A stretch of 64,000 nucleotides of DNA from a virus: positions 1 through 64,000 of the IMG/VR virus record IMGVR_UViG_3300005683_000016. One strand, 5' to 3'. Numbering within the stretch: position 1 is the stretch's first letter; every line of letters starts with the position of its first letter. The position numbers and the translations under genes were made by a program. A model generated the notes under the pieces. That model was not told where the DNA came from. It did no database searches and saw nothing but the letters and a program-made list of their open reading frames with translations. This document shows, in pieces, positions 28,005-37,970 of this stretch.

Positions 28005-31000
28005 TGATCAGATCTTGATTTGGAACTATAAGTTGTAACAATATTTTGTGATCGGTGTTTGTTTCACTTCTCAAGTGAAGTTTTACCCACTTCCCTTTTA
28101 TGTCGCTTCTTTGATGTGGCGGTATAGAGTTTGAAGTGGATTGAGGTGTATAATCCATACCATTGTCTGAAAGAAGAATCAAAGGATTGGAATTGTGATT
28201 TATTCTTAGATTTTCAAACTTGTTGATTCTAAACACGGAGTCTTGAACTCTGGTTACTTCTGCAACAACAGGATTGGATTCGGTATTCTGAATTAAAGAA
28301 TGGTTGGGATTGTTAAGGTTTTTAAGGTAAACATCAAGAAGCCCTGTAGACCCGTTATTGTTGTAGGCAAAGATTTTGTCAAAAAATTTGTTTGTTTTAT
28401 AAACAGGACTGCCATATACCTCTTGAGTATAAAATTCTGAAAACACTTCGATATTTTGAAGTTCAAGATTTTTGTACTTGTTGTTTATGACCATTCCAAC
28501 ATCAAATGGTACTTGTTCGTCGTAATAGGTTTGATAAGTAAACTCCTTGTTGTGCTTCCATATTCCAAATTCGTTTACTGTCAAATAAGTGTTCGGGTCT
28601 ACCAGAAAAAACCTTGGAGTAAAGGAGTGAAAACTTATCCATGATTCCAGTTTTGGTTTATAGGAAAGACACCACGGTTCTCTTTCTGAATATCCTCTTA
28701 TGTAAAGATTCTCTGTGTAATTGTCAAAAATTATAACTATGGTGTTATCTTCATATTCTGATCCTTGATTTCCAGTATAGTGTTGCAACCAAGACTGCAT
28801 AGTTCCAGTAATATCCTTTAAAGAACCGTTCCACTGAAACATCTTTCTACGATAACGATCAAAAAAGAAAGTACCATATCTTGTGTTGCAAAAGGACAAA
28901 GGATCTACACAACCCACATATCCCGTTTGTTCATTTGAAAGTCTTCTAAGCCTGTTTGTAAATATATCCCCTTGTGTCAACAATAAAGAATTTCCTTCGG
29001 TCGTGTTTAAGGAATAATTGAGTTGGGAATAAAGAATATTGTTTTCAAATGCAAAAAAGATGGAGTAGTCATCGGTGTAGTGCATTCCTGTAAACTCACC
29101 AAACACCCTTGGTAAAACAGCATAATTTAAAGGAAGAAATTGAAGCCATCTGTCATCTGTTGATTGAGGGTCGTCTTTTAAAGAGTAGGACACGATAAAA
29201 TCGTTATCTGAATCTGTGGGATCAGAGTTTCCGTATACTCTTTCAACTTCATTGGAAAGAAGGGAAAAGTTGTATAAAAACTTGTTGTCGAATCTAATTT
29301 TATCTGTTTTTGATATATCCCTATAATCTATTTTTGGATAAAAACTACCATTTGGGGTAAAGTCTCTTTCACGATAATCACCTATAAATTCTGATTCACA
29401 CCAAAAGTTTATTACTCCCGTAACAAAGACATAAAACAATCCCTGTGCATCGGATCCGACTCCATCCACATAAGGAAGAAAAACATTGTCCAAGTTGTAG
29501 TGCCATCCAGATTCTTTTACAAATTCGGTATCTATCCAAAATCTCGGATACCATAGATTTCTGTTTTCCCTGTAATCGAATTGTGTATCTATTGGTACGT
29601 CTTCCAACCACTGTTGACATATTGGCATTTTTCTCAAAAGAGTATGCTTCGATATAAATACGTCTCCAGCATATATCACATCGGAATCAAAAGAAACTTC
29701 ACCCGAAGTTACCTGCTTAAAACAACCTACTGGACGATAGGATATAGAATCTATAGAACCATATTGATTTGGTTGTTTTACTTTTATTCCTACATAGTAG
29801 GAAACTCCCTGAACGTTTAGATCATTTCCCGCATATCTATCAACCGTATTGAAATAATTGAAGGCAGGAAAATCCTTTGAATATCCATCGGAGGAGACTT
29901 CAGATGCAAGAACCCTGCTGGTGTCCAAAGATACAGTATCCGACAACAGCCGATCTATTTCTACATAGTAGGAAGATTCTCTAAGATTGTTGTTGATTTT
30001 TTTGTTGTTGGAAGCAATCTGGTTTATCGGTAAAAGATATTGACTCGAATTTATTTTAAACCTTGACGCAAGAGGAAGACTCCAAGGAAGAAAGGAAGAA
30101 TAGTTGCACACACTGTTCATTTGTGCAGCATGATTTCTATAGTTTGCAAGAAGTGCAATATCATCAAATGGAAGAAGTTCAGTTCCAAGTCTTGTCAGAG
30201 GATGAAGATACACATGATCAAATTTTCCTTCGATCCAGCCTCTTGATTCCCCATAGACCTTCATTTCGGTTCCAAACTCTCTTTGTATTTCCCTGAAATG
30301 AATATCGGGAGAGTGATAAGTAAAATCCTTTCTTGAGAAAGACTGGGGAGGAATCCAATCAGCATCGTATCCCTCACTTCCATCAGCATTTATTGCAGTT
30401 GGTCTTGTTGATAAGAAGACATCAGGGTGGAGATCGTTAAAAGGATAATTAGGATAATAAATCGTTGTCTCGGGAGTGGAGAAATCTTGTGTCATATTGA
30501 AGACAAGTCCTTTATGCAATACTGACTTGTTTCCCTTTCTGTCCCCTACGAGGATTCTATATCCAGATATATCTGGATCTGGAGTCATATCCGGTAAAAG
30601 AGGATACGGGATGTTTTTAAACCTAACCCCAAGTACATTGACACAATCGCTTTCCTTTACATAAGATTCTCCAGAGGTGCAAAATTCTATTTCTGGAAAT
30701 CCGGGAAAATTTATATCTATACAAGTGACATCCTGAAATTCTTCTGAAAAATTATTGTGAATATGTGTCAGATCGTGAGATGGCATTCTGTGGTGTCTTA
30801 TTGGTTGACACGCCAGATCCCCCCAAATATCGGGATCGTTGGGATAAGTAAATTCTTGACTTTCCCAATATCCCATTTTTCCAGACTTGTTGATTACTTC
30901 TCCTGAACAGTTCTGACATTCGTACTCGTTGTCCACTTCAATGGTGGCGGTATTTTCTATTTGCCAATACTTGAGGGTGGCAGGAACACAGTCTTCCAGT

Positions 31001-32187
31001 TCATAAATATCGGTAGTATTGTAGTCATCTCCTGTGTACTCTATTACGTCTCCAGAGGTAGATTGTCTTCCAACAATGGAAAAGATTCCTCTGGAGTTTC
31101 CTTTTAAACCAACCCACTCTAAAGAGAACGAATAAACTTCGTCTCTCATCAAAGAGGGATAGAAGGGAGCCAGTTCTTTGTCTATAAGAACCTCTACCCA
31201 CTCTGTTTCTATTTCAAGGGCTTGAGGTTGATAATTCAGTTTTTCTAAGTTGGCGTGTCTTCCCAACATAAGAATCTCTCCATTGGTTACTATGTGCTTG
31301 GAAGAATCAAATGCCACTTTCTTTTGAAGTGCTTGTTGAGTTGAGAATATCGTTGCGTTGTCTATTGAGTCTATCGTAAACTTATCGTTGGATACAGGGA
31401 AAAAACCAAGGTTATAAGTCACAAGAGAATTTTCTCTTGTATTGGTGACAAGTACAAGAGCGTATTGTGTAAAGGGAACATCCTGACATCCTATCTCTAC
31501 TTTCAGACCTATGTTGGAAGATTCCGAAAAAACCTTTATTGCCGAACTAAAAGTAAAATCCGTAAGAACCACATTGTCTATTGCGTAAGCAATCCCTATT
31601 TGGTACACTCCGCTCAACAACTTTCCTTCTTCTGTTTTTGTAAGATTTAAACAAGGTTTTATATAACTTTTGTTGATCTTGACTGCTTCACAATCAAAAT
31701 CAGTAGAATACTCTACGTCGCAGTTTTCACACCTTGAACTAAGAGGTCTTTTTGGATATTCTTTATCTATATCAAAATATCTATTGGGATTCTCTCCATC
31801 TACTATATAAACTCTCCTATCATTGTTTTTATTGTTGTATTTGTAGACTCCACGAATGTACCATTCAAGATTCAAACAGGGGTCGTTTGCCCATAGAGAG
31901 TAGGAACAATCGAGAGAATTCAATATTCCGAGTTCATAGGAATCAGGAGTTTTGAATGCCACAAAATGTTCATATCTTCCCAATTTGACAGAACCTTTAA
32001 ATTCATAATCTTCTGGAAATTCGTAACAAAGTTCGTTACCCAACTGATTGACAACAAACCAATTATTCCCTTCGTTGTCGAATACGTCCCCATTTAGCAA
32101 AAAAGTCAAATCCCTGTCCTCAAGCAAGGAAGGGTGTACATCGTAATTCAATTTTTGTCCAGCAGTTTGCTTAACAGAATCTACCAT
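27997..32187 (-). CDS. Tail stabilisation/muzzle protein (crAss-type)
   Basis: 1396-aa beta-rich ORF. LMRDEVYSF, PIRHHRMP, NYPFNDL and WISFHSFTP motifs; follows the ring-protein genes. Confidence 0.8.
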   Translation of the reverse strand: MVDSVKQTAGQKLNYDVHPSLLEDRDLTFLLNGDVFDNEGNNWFVVNQLGNELCYEFPEDYEFKGSVKLGRYEHFVAFKTPDSYELGILNSLDCSYSLWANDPCLNLEWYIRGVYKYNNKNNDRRVYIVDGENPNRYFDIDKEYPKRPLSSRCENCDVEYSTDFDCEAVKINKSYIKPCLNLTKTEEGKLLSGVYQIGIAYAIDNVVLTDFTFSSAIKVFSESSNIGLKVEIGCQDVPFTQYALVLVTNTRENSLVTYNLGFFPVSNDKFTIDSIDNATIFSTQQALQKKVAFDSSKHIVTNGEILMLGRHANLEKLNYQPQALEIETEWVEVLIDKELAPFYPSLMRDEVYSFSLEWVGLKGNSRGIFSIVGRQSTSGDVIEYTGDDYNTTDIYELEDCVPATLKYWQIENTATIEVDNEYECQNCSGEVINKSGKMGYWESQEFTYPNDPDIWGDLACQPIRHHRMPSHDLTHIHNNFSEEFQDVTCIDINFPGFPEIEFCTSGESYVKESDCVNVLGVRFKNIPYPLLPDMTPDPDISGYRILVGDRKGNKSVLHKGLVFNMTQDFSTPETTIYYPNYPFNDLHPDVFLSTRPTAINADGSEGYDADWIPPQSFSRKDFTYHSPDIHFREIQREFGTEMKVYGESRGWIEGKFDHVYLHPLTRLGTELLPFDDIALLANYRNHAAQMNSVCNYSSFLPWSLPLASRFKINSSQYLLPINQIASNNKKINNNLRESSYYVEIDRLLSDTVSLDTSRVLASEVSSDGYSKDFPAFNYFNTVDRYAGNDLNVQGVSYYVGIKVKQPNQYGSIDSISYRPVGCFKQVTSGEVSFDSDVIYAGDVFISKHTLLRKMPICQQWLEDVPIDTQFDYRENRNLWYPRFWIDTEFVKESGWHYNLDNVFLPYVDGVGSDAQGLFYVFVTGVINFWCESEFIGDYRERDFTPNGSFYPKIDYRDISKTDKIRFDNKFLYNFSLLSNEVERVYGNSDPTDSDNDFIVSYSLKDDPQSTDDRWLQFLPLNYAVLPRVFGEFTGMHYTDDYSIFFAFENNILYSQLNYSLNTTEGNSLLLTQGDIFTNRLRRLSNEQTGYVGCVDPLSFCNTRYGTFFFDRYRRKMFQWNGSLKDITGTMQSWLQHYTGNQGSEYEDNTIVIIFDNYTENLYIRGYSEREPWCLSYKPKLESWISFHSFTPRFFLVDPNTYLTVNEFGIWKHNKEFTYQTYYDEQVPFDVGMVINNKYKNLELQNIEVFSEFYTQEVYGSPVYKTNKFFDKIFAYNNNGSTGLLDVYLKNLNNPNHSLIQNTESNPVVAEVTRVQDSVFRINKFENLRINHNSNPLILLSDNGMDYTPQSTSNSIPPHQRSDIKGKWVKLHLRSETNTDHKILLQLIVPNQDLINV

Positions 32188-33092
32188 CTATTATTTAAAG
32201 GTCTTTTTGTAGGATGAGTTAATTGATTACCATGACCATATACAACTTGCTCAAACTTGGAATAACGATCATAAAAAGTTTTTCGAGCATCGTACATCTC
32301 TTTGAAATCTACTTGTTTTACAAAAGATCTTGCGTTAGCCTCCAACACAGCAAGTTCGTTCTTTGAATCATGGTATCTTTGTTGTACATCTGCGTCATTG
32401 TTCCAGTACATTACTTGAAATACTTTTTTGACACAAGCCCCCTTGATCCATTCTCTGATTCTTGCAAAGTCTGGAATTAACAAATCTTTCCCATCTATGG
32501 TATCTTTTTCCAACTTCTGAAGATACTCCATATAAATGTAACCTGTTTCAAAACCTGCTACTAAAAGTTTACTTGACAGGTCTATTTGATGTTGATGCAA
32601 AACACTTTTATTAAAGCAATTATTAGCACAGTAAGGTAAAGAAGAATTAGAAATAGATAAAGGAGCAAACTCCTTAAAAGTAACATCAAATGTTTCAAAT
32701 CTCTGAACTATTCCCCACTGATCCCCGCACTCATCTGTACACAAAGTCGACTTACCTGTAACCATGAAGTCAGCAATGGTTGAATCGCTGACTTCATACA
32801 ATTGAGGATTTTCTGTTGTAGTAGAGGTTATCTTGTAATCAAAACACGCTAATGCCAAGAGTAACTTATGAAAATCATCAGGTAAGGGAGACTTATAGTT
32901 GTCTACGAAAAGAGTAGTTTTTCCTACAGGATAAATCTTGGAACCTAACTTGGAAAGACACTCTGCTATCACTGGATATAAGTGAGAATTATCTACTACT
33001 GCTCTTTCAAAATAGACTCGTAGATCGTTCTTTACTTCAGCGAGTAGATCTTCAGCAGTAATAAAATTTACGTTCTTATCGAGATTGGTCAT
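32181..33092 (-). CDS. Tail ring/tubular protein
   Basis: LPDDFHKL and FETGYIYMEY...LLIPD motifs; adjacent to the muzzle gene. Confidence 0.7.
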   Translation of the reverse strand: MTNLDKNVNFITAEDLLAEVKNDLRVYFERAVVDNSHLYPVIAECLSKLGSKIYPVGKTTLFVDNYKSPLPDDFHKLLLALACFDYKITSTTTENPQLYEVSDSTIADFMVTGKSTLCTDECGDQWGIVQRFETFDVTFKEFAPLSISNSSLPYCANNCFNKSVLHQHQIDLSSKLLVAGFETGYIYMEYLQKLEKDTIDGKDLLIPDFARIREWIKGACVKKVFQVMYWNNDADVQQRYHDSKNELAVLEANARSFVKQVDFKEMYDARKTFYDRYSKFEQVVYGHGNQLTHPTKRPLNNRW

Positions 33093-33097
33093 AAGCG

Positions 33098-33811
33098 TTA
33101 AGGTGAAATTTGTCTTTCAATAGTATTGGCATTAGGATGTTCATCCGGTTTCAATTGGGTAATTGGAACCAACTCAGATCTTGCCATTTTAATGGCAGCA
33201 TCTTCCAAATAATCAGGAAGTTGCACTTTAGATCTCAGTTTGGAACCACAATCTCCACTACTTGAATCTATTGGAGGGTTGGAAATAGAGTTGTTGTTAG
33301 AAGTGTTACAGTTGAAATCTGCAAGATCTCCTTCAAACAACGCTGACAAGGACAACCAAGGATATTCATGTTTAGGAGTATAAAGAAATCCGTTGTGAAT
33401 AAAAGCATAATTCTCTCTATTAAAACGGACTTTGCTTTTTACTTCATATTGAAAAGGACTAACTATTACAAAAGTTCTGCTTAAGTCTGGTGTAGCCAAC
33501 CATCTGTAAATAATTCCGTCGTTACTTTCTATGAATTTGGGAAGTTTTCTTTTGGAACGATACACTTCACAATTGGTAGGTAGCACAAGACAATTGCAAT
33601 AAATAGAATTAACTGCTTCCATTTCTATACAAATGGGTTCCCACACATCAGACATGGAATAAATGTTACCGGAAGCAGTATCTTGTTTAAGCAACTGTTT
33701 CATGGCAGTCAAATAAGTATTCCACAAATATCTGTTTGAGTAGATAGAATCATCAGATACTTCTTTTATTGAGGAACGAAGTCTTGCTACCACTTCACCT
33801 ATAGTTGTCAT
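33098..33811 (-). CDS. Tail ring protein
   Basis: TIGEVVARLR...DDS...RYLW, RSKRKLPK, YAFIHNGFLY; crAss-like synteny. Confidence 0.65.
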   Translation of the reverse strand: MTTIGEVVARLRSSIKEVSDDSIYSNRYLWNTYLTAMKQLLKQDTASGNIYSMSDVWEPICIEMEAVNSIYCNCLVLPTNCEVYRSKRKLPKFIESNDGIIYRWLATPDLSRTFVIVSPFQYEVKSKVRFNRENYAFIHNGFLYTPKHEYPWLSLSALFEGDLADFNCNTSNNNSISNPPIDSSSGDCGSKLRSKVQLPDYLEDAAIKMARSELVPITQLKPDEHPNANTIERQISP

Positions 33812-33815
33812 TTTT

Positions 33816-34328
33816 CTATCTTAGAGATTTTATTAGATCAGTAGTTTCTTTTATTTTTTTGGGGTTTACTGCTTTTCGTTTAAAGAAGTCTAAGTCGTTT
33901 TCGTATTTAATCCAATGAAAAAATTTATCCTCCTTTATGCGACTGATAAGTTTATCTCTGAACAAACGAGCGGATTCAAACCTGTAACATAGTAACATTT
34001 GTAGTCTAAAACGTTCGAATTTTATATTCCACGCTAATTTATAATAAATGTTGTCTGTTCGTACCAACTTATGTTTTCTGTGTTTTTGTCTTTCAGTATC
34101 TATGTATTTAGCACCGATTATTTGAAGCCTACCCATTTTGTGAGGAAACTGAAAACCATCGGTAGTATCCAATATGACATCTTCTACGATTTCTCTAAAG
34201 GAAGATAGAATCTTTCTTATTGTCCAGTAATCAAATCCTTTCTCTTTAAGGTCAGGATGTCTTTTTTGAAACTCTCTCCATACTTCGTGAGAGATAGTTA
34301 TTTTATAATCATTGTATGCCTTGTACAT
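33816..34328 (-). CDS. IHF/HU-like protein (crAss tail-cluster type)
   Basis: Basic 170 aa; GFQFPHKMGRLQI, then W...YRF; position next to the ring genes. Confidence 0.6.
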   Translation of the reverse strand: MYKAYNDYKITISHEVWREFQKRHPDLKEKGFDYWTIRKILSSFREIVEDVILDTTDGFQFPHKMGRLQIIGAKYIDTERQKHRKHKLVRTDNIYYKLAWNIKFERFRLQMLLCYRFESARLFRDKLISRIKEDKFFHWIKYENDLDFFKRKAVNPKKIKETTDLIKSLR

Positions 34329-34357
34329 AATATAACTAATTCAGACTAAATTTCAAA
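34327..34357 (-). promoter_or_regulatory. Putative phage promoter TTTGAnAT-N12-AGTTATATTAT (copy 1)
   Basis: Same motif and spacing as 60695..60725. Confidence 0.55.
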
Positions 34358-34376
34358 GAAATAGGTGTAATGTTTA

Positions 34377-35474
34377 TTATGTGTAAAACAAGTAATGTTC
34401 TTCAATTGCGTTGTTGGTAAGGATGTCCATGCATACACCCTTGGTGTTTTGCATGAAATTGGTCTGTGACCATTTGGAAGAACCGTACATAGAGAGAACG
34501 TTCTTATACCTGAAAAATTCTCCAAACTGACAAGATGCTTGATGTTGATCCCCCTTGACTACATGAATGTATTTAGAACTGATTTGATGGGCATCTATAT
34601 ATCTTTTAAAATAAAGTTCGGTCTTTAAGTCCAAGGTAGAAGGTAGGGGATTTTTTAAATCTTCTGCATCCTTACCATGACATAAGATAAAACAATGATT
34701 ATCTATCTCAAAATGCTCGATAAATTTATCTCCTATGTAAACCTCTACATCTGGATATTTAAGATTTATTGCTGTCTCTAATGACTTGTTGCATATCCAC
34801 TCAAAATCCCCTCCGTGATTGGATTCTCCTGCTGTGATATAGGAAAGATTACACTTACACTTTTCTTGAATCGTATGAACAAAGTCCAAATGAACCTTCA
34901 TAAAAACAGAATAAACCTCACGATTGGTCATGTTTTGAGGAAGGGTATGACCTCCTCTTGTAGTTTTTTTATCAAATCCGTCCACGGTGTCTAAAAGATC
35001 TATAAGAACTATAGCATCAAATTGACGATTGTTATGAAGATCAATGATATGCTTTGCCAAAACAGTCATCCTTCTCTCAAACTCTTCAGCATTGTACTCG
35101 TTATCAAAAAGAGAGTTTTCTTTGGTCTGTGCTCCTATATGCTTGTCAGACATATAAACAAGTAGTGCAGAAGAAACATCTTCATAAACAGGTACGGTTT
35201 CTTGAACAGGAGAATAGGTTTTTAAAAAAGATTCGAACTCTTCCTTGTAGTTAACTCCGTCTCCCTGTTTGACCATAAAAGTAGATCTTCCTTTCTCTTT
35301 GATCCATTGAGCCTTGACATCCCAACCTTCTTTGATTTGTTCAAGTGCTTTTTCTTTGGCTTCTCTTACGAGTTCTTCTTCTACTCCCAAAGATTTGGCT
35401 ATAGAAGGAACTCCTTTTTCCAAGTAGGAACGATGTGCAATAAAATGTTGAACAAGTGTTTCTAAAGTGTACAT
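34377..35474 (-). CDS. Calcineurin-like metallophosphoesterase
   Basis: SDKHIG, DLLD, SNHG, CHGKD and KGDQH motifs. Confidence 0.8.
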   Translation of the reverse strand: MYTLETLVQHFIAHRSYLEKGVPSIAKSLGVEEELVREAKEKALEQIKEGWDVKAQWIKEKGRSTFMVKQGDGVNYKEEFESFLKTYSPVQETVPVYEDVSSALLVYMSDKHIGAQTKENSLFDNEYNAEEFERRMTVLAKHIIDLHNNRQFDAIVLIDLLDTVDGFDKKTTRGGHTLPQNMTNREVYSVFMKVHLDFVHTIQEKCKCNLSYITAGESNHGGDFEWICNKSLETAINLKYPDVEVYIGDKFIEHFEIDNHCFILCHGKDAEDLKNPLPSTLDLKTELYFKRYIDAHQISSKYIHVVKGDQHQASCQFGEFFRYKNVLSMYGSSKWSQTNFMQNTKGVCMDILTNNAIEEHYLFYT

Positions 35475-35500
35475 TCAGTGTGTTTTTGTAAAAAGTTGAA

Positions 35501-35531
35501 CAAAGATATGTCAAATCTTTCAATTAACAAA
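35501..35531 (-). promoter_or_regulatory. Bacteroidota housekeeping-type promoter
   Basis: TTTG-N19-TATCTTTG matches the -33/-7 consensus TTTG...TAnnTTTG; 26 nt upstream of the phosphoesterase ATG. Confidence 0.7.
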
Positions 35532-35558
35532 AAAGCCCCTCTCACTGTTGAGAAGAGC
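35529..35558 (-). terminator. Intrinsic terminator
   Basis: GCTCTTCTCA-ACAG-TGAGAGGGGC stem-loop followed by T6. Confidence 0.8.
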
Positions 35559-35589
35559 CTGTTATAACCAACAATCGGATTTTGCATAT

Positions 35590-36510
35590 TTAAGTGATGA
35601 AATAACTTATTCCAGAGAAGTATACATTTCCGTCAAGATTCACTCCTCCTGCTATATCATCAGCAGCGACAGAAACTATACCACCTGTAGTAATCAGTAT
35701 GCTTGCCCATCCATTTGAATCTGCATCTGTGCATCTTACATAAAAAGTCATATTATATGAAGGTCTGTATTCTACTGGAAGAAGAAAAGTTTGAGTAGAA
35801 TTTTCCCCATTCTTTACCGCACCAGAGATTTTTACTTCATTTCCCTTACGATGTATCCGTATAGGATAGCCCAAAACATCTTCCCAATCATTTTCAAGAT
35901 CTACACTTTCTGTATAGGTGACAAGTTCTCCTGTAAAGTTGTTGCTTACCACAAGCCACTGATAAGAAACGTCATTTATTTGTACGAGTTTAAGTCTAAG
36001 TACTTTGTGAACAGGATCGGCAAGATCATAAAAAGAATTGGTCGTAAGAAGAGGATTCCAACTGTACTGAATCTGTACGTTGAACTTGTAATTCAAAAAA
36101 GCAATCTGATTGTCTGTAACACTACTTATGTCCTTTATCAGGATTTCTTTGTTTATAAAGGCAGAAGTGGTGGGAAGGACTAAAGTATTTTCATAAGTAC
36201 CAGATGCTTCATCATCGGTAAACGTAAGCAGTAGTATTTTGGTAACATCCTCTTCTACAATAGTATAAGAATCTCCATCATCTGTTTCTCCATCAGAATG
36301 AAACTTTATGATCTTGGATGCCATTTCATTGTTACATTCTATCAATTGCAACAAGTCTGTAAGGGTTCTTTTATCACCATCGTCCACACTGGAATTTTCA
36401 AAACAAAGGGGGTCTTTATCATAAATGACACAGTCTGCGTTTACCGTAGAAGCACATCCGGTAGAGCAAGGAGTAATGGTTTTGGTTTGAGAGCAATTTG
36501 TACAAGTCAT
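35590..36510 (-). CDS. Cys-rich fibre/receptor-binding-like protein (paralog 1)
   Basis: N-terminal CTNC...VNADCV; C-terminal RKGNEVKISGAV...LPVEYRP...GISYFI. Confidence 0.65.
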   Translation of the reverse strand: MTCTNCSQTKTITPCSTGCASTVNADCVIYDKDPLCFENSSVDDGDKRTLTDLLQLIECNNEMASKIIKFHSDGETDDGDSYTIVEEDVTKILLLTFTDDEASGTYENTLVLPTTSAFINKEILIKDISSVTDNQIAFLNYKFNVQIQYSWNPLLTTNSFYDLADPVHKVLRLKLVQINDVSYQWLVVSNNFTGELVTYTESVDLENDWEDVLGYPIRIHRKGNEVKISGAVKNGENSTQTFLLPVEYRPSYNMTFYVRCTDADSNGWASILITTGGIVSVAADDIAGGVNLDGNVYFSGISYFIT

Positions 36511-36546
36511 TTTATTTGTCTTAAGAGTTGAGATTTAATTAATTGA

Positions 36547-37395
36547 CTAATCAACATACCAACTTACACCGAACAAAGAAAGATTTTCTCCACTCGTAAG
36601 ATGGGTTCCTCCCGGAAAACTAACTGCAATAAAGGTATTGATCGTAAGAAGTGCTCGATAAGGAGAAGCATCTACCGCTACCAAAAAATAACCGGAAGAA
36701 GAAGGTCTGTCTTTGGCATCAAGATTCAAAAGAGTTGTAGGGACATTTCCTCCAGTGACCATACCCTGCAATTGTCTTAGTTTACCGAGTCTGATAAGTT
36801 TGAGTTCTTCTACTATTTCCCAATTGCCCTCAAGATCTTCATCTGTGAACACTTGAACAGAGGGAGTTCCTATAGAAGGACTTGTTACCACCCAAGAGTA
36901 GTTGATACCGTCTTTTTTCAGATAAGTCAAGTACAAGACTTTGTGAGGCTCCCATGCAAGTTTATCAAACTCGTTTGTTTCCTCTTCTTGATCAAATACA
37001 ATGTTTTCAGAAAACTCCCAATATACTGTACCAGAAGGATCATAATCTACCGAAATATCTTTTAGGATAAGAGTTTTATCTATAAATTCCGCAGACTCTG
37101 GTAATGTAATGGTATAAGTAACATCGTTTGCACTATTGATGTCTCCGTTTAAAAGAAGAATCTTACAAGCATCCTCTGTCAGAATTTCGTAATCTCCTGT
37201 TACAATTTTAGCACTCCTTTCGCACTTATCCTCTCCTATCAGTTCAAGTATCGAAGAAAGAGAACGAGAAGATCCGTTGTTTACATTTGTCTCAAAAGGA
37301 AGTTTGTCTCCCTTATACTCTACACAATCTGCGTTTACAGTATAAGGACAGTCACAGTTTTCCAGACTTACTTTTTTGCATGCTGTACAAGCCAT
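36547..37395 (-). CDS. Cys-rich fibre/receptor-binding-like protein (paralog 2)
   Basis: Likely start MACTAC at 37395. Shares VNADCV, KILLL, LILKDIS and PHKVL with paralog 1. Confidence 0.65.
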   Translation of the reverse strand: MACTACKKVSLENCDCPYTVNADCVEYKGDKLPFETNVNNGSSRSLSSILELIGEDKCERSAKIVTGDYEILTEDACKILLLNGDINSANDVTYTITLPESAEFIDKTLILKDISVDYDPSGTVYWEFSENIVFDQEEETNEFDKLAWEPHKVLYLTYLKKDGINYSWVVTSPSIGTPSVQVFTDEDLEGNWEIVEELKLIRLGKLRQLQGMVTGGNVPTTLLNLDAKDRPSSSGYFLVAVDASPYRALLTINTFIAVSFPGGTHLTSGENLSLFGVSWYVD

Positions 37396-37459
37396 TTTAA
37401 ATAGTTTTTTTAAAAAACACATAAATATAAGTTATAGATATATGAATAAAAGATAACAA

Positions 37460-37924
37460 TTATTCAACAAAGAAAGATATACCATCAAGGTATAATTTGG
37501 ATGATTCTCCAGTTGGAGCAGTACCTGTAAAATAAAGTCTCAGATTTCGATCTACTTCGATCTTTAAAAATACGTTATAGGTTGTTCCTGTAAACTCGTG
37601 TGCCAAGGGAACAATTCTTCTTTCGGTTATTTTGACGGGTAAAGTTGCAATAACTGATTGAACATCTCCACCGGAAAGTTCTCCAGAAAGGTGATAAAGT
37701 TTACCTTTTTTGAGAAGTTTGGGCTGTCGAACAATAGTCCATCCAGTTCCTACAACAATATCCTGAACAGAATCTAAAGTTTCTTCCTGACAGCATAGTT
37801 TTTCAGAAATTTCCTTAAGCCAATCATTAAGAGTGTTACCTTCAAATTCAAAACATTTTGGTTTACGAAGACCTACTTCTATTACTTGGTTAGAAGATAT
37901 GGGATTTGTGTTACAGTTGTCCAT
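37460..37924 (-). CDS. Short paralog of the same C-terminal domain (paralog 3)
   Basis: GWTIV..PKLLKKGKLYHLSGELSGG...LYLDGISFFVE. Confidence 0.6.
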   Translation of the reverse strand: MDNCNTNPISSNQVIEVGLRKPKCFEFEGNTLNDWLKEISEKLCCQEETLDSVQDIVVGTGWTIVRQPKLLKKGKLYHLSGELSGGDVQSVIATLPVKITERRIVPLAHEFTGTTYNVFLKIEVDRNLRLYFTGTAPTGESSKLYLDGISFFVE

Positions 37925-37970
37925 GTTATTTAAGTTAATTAGTTGGTTAATAATTTAATAATTTAATAAT

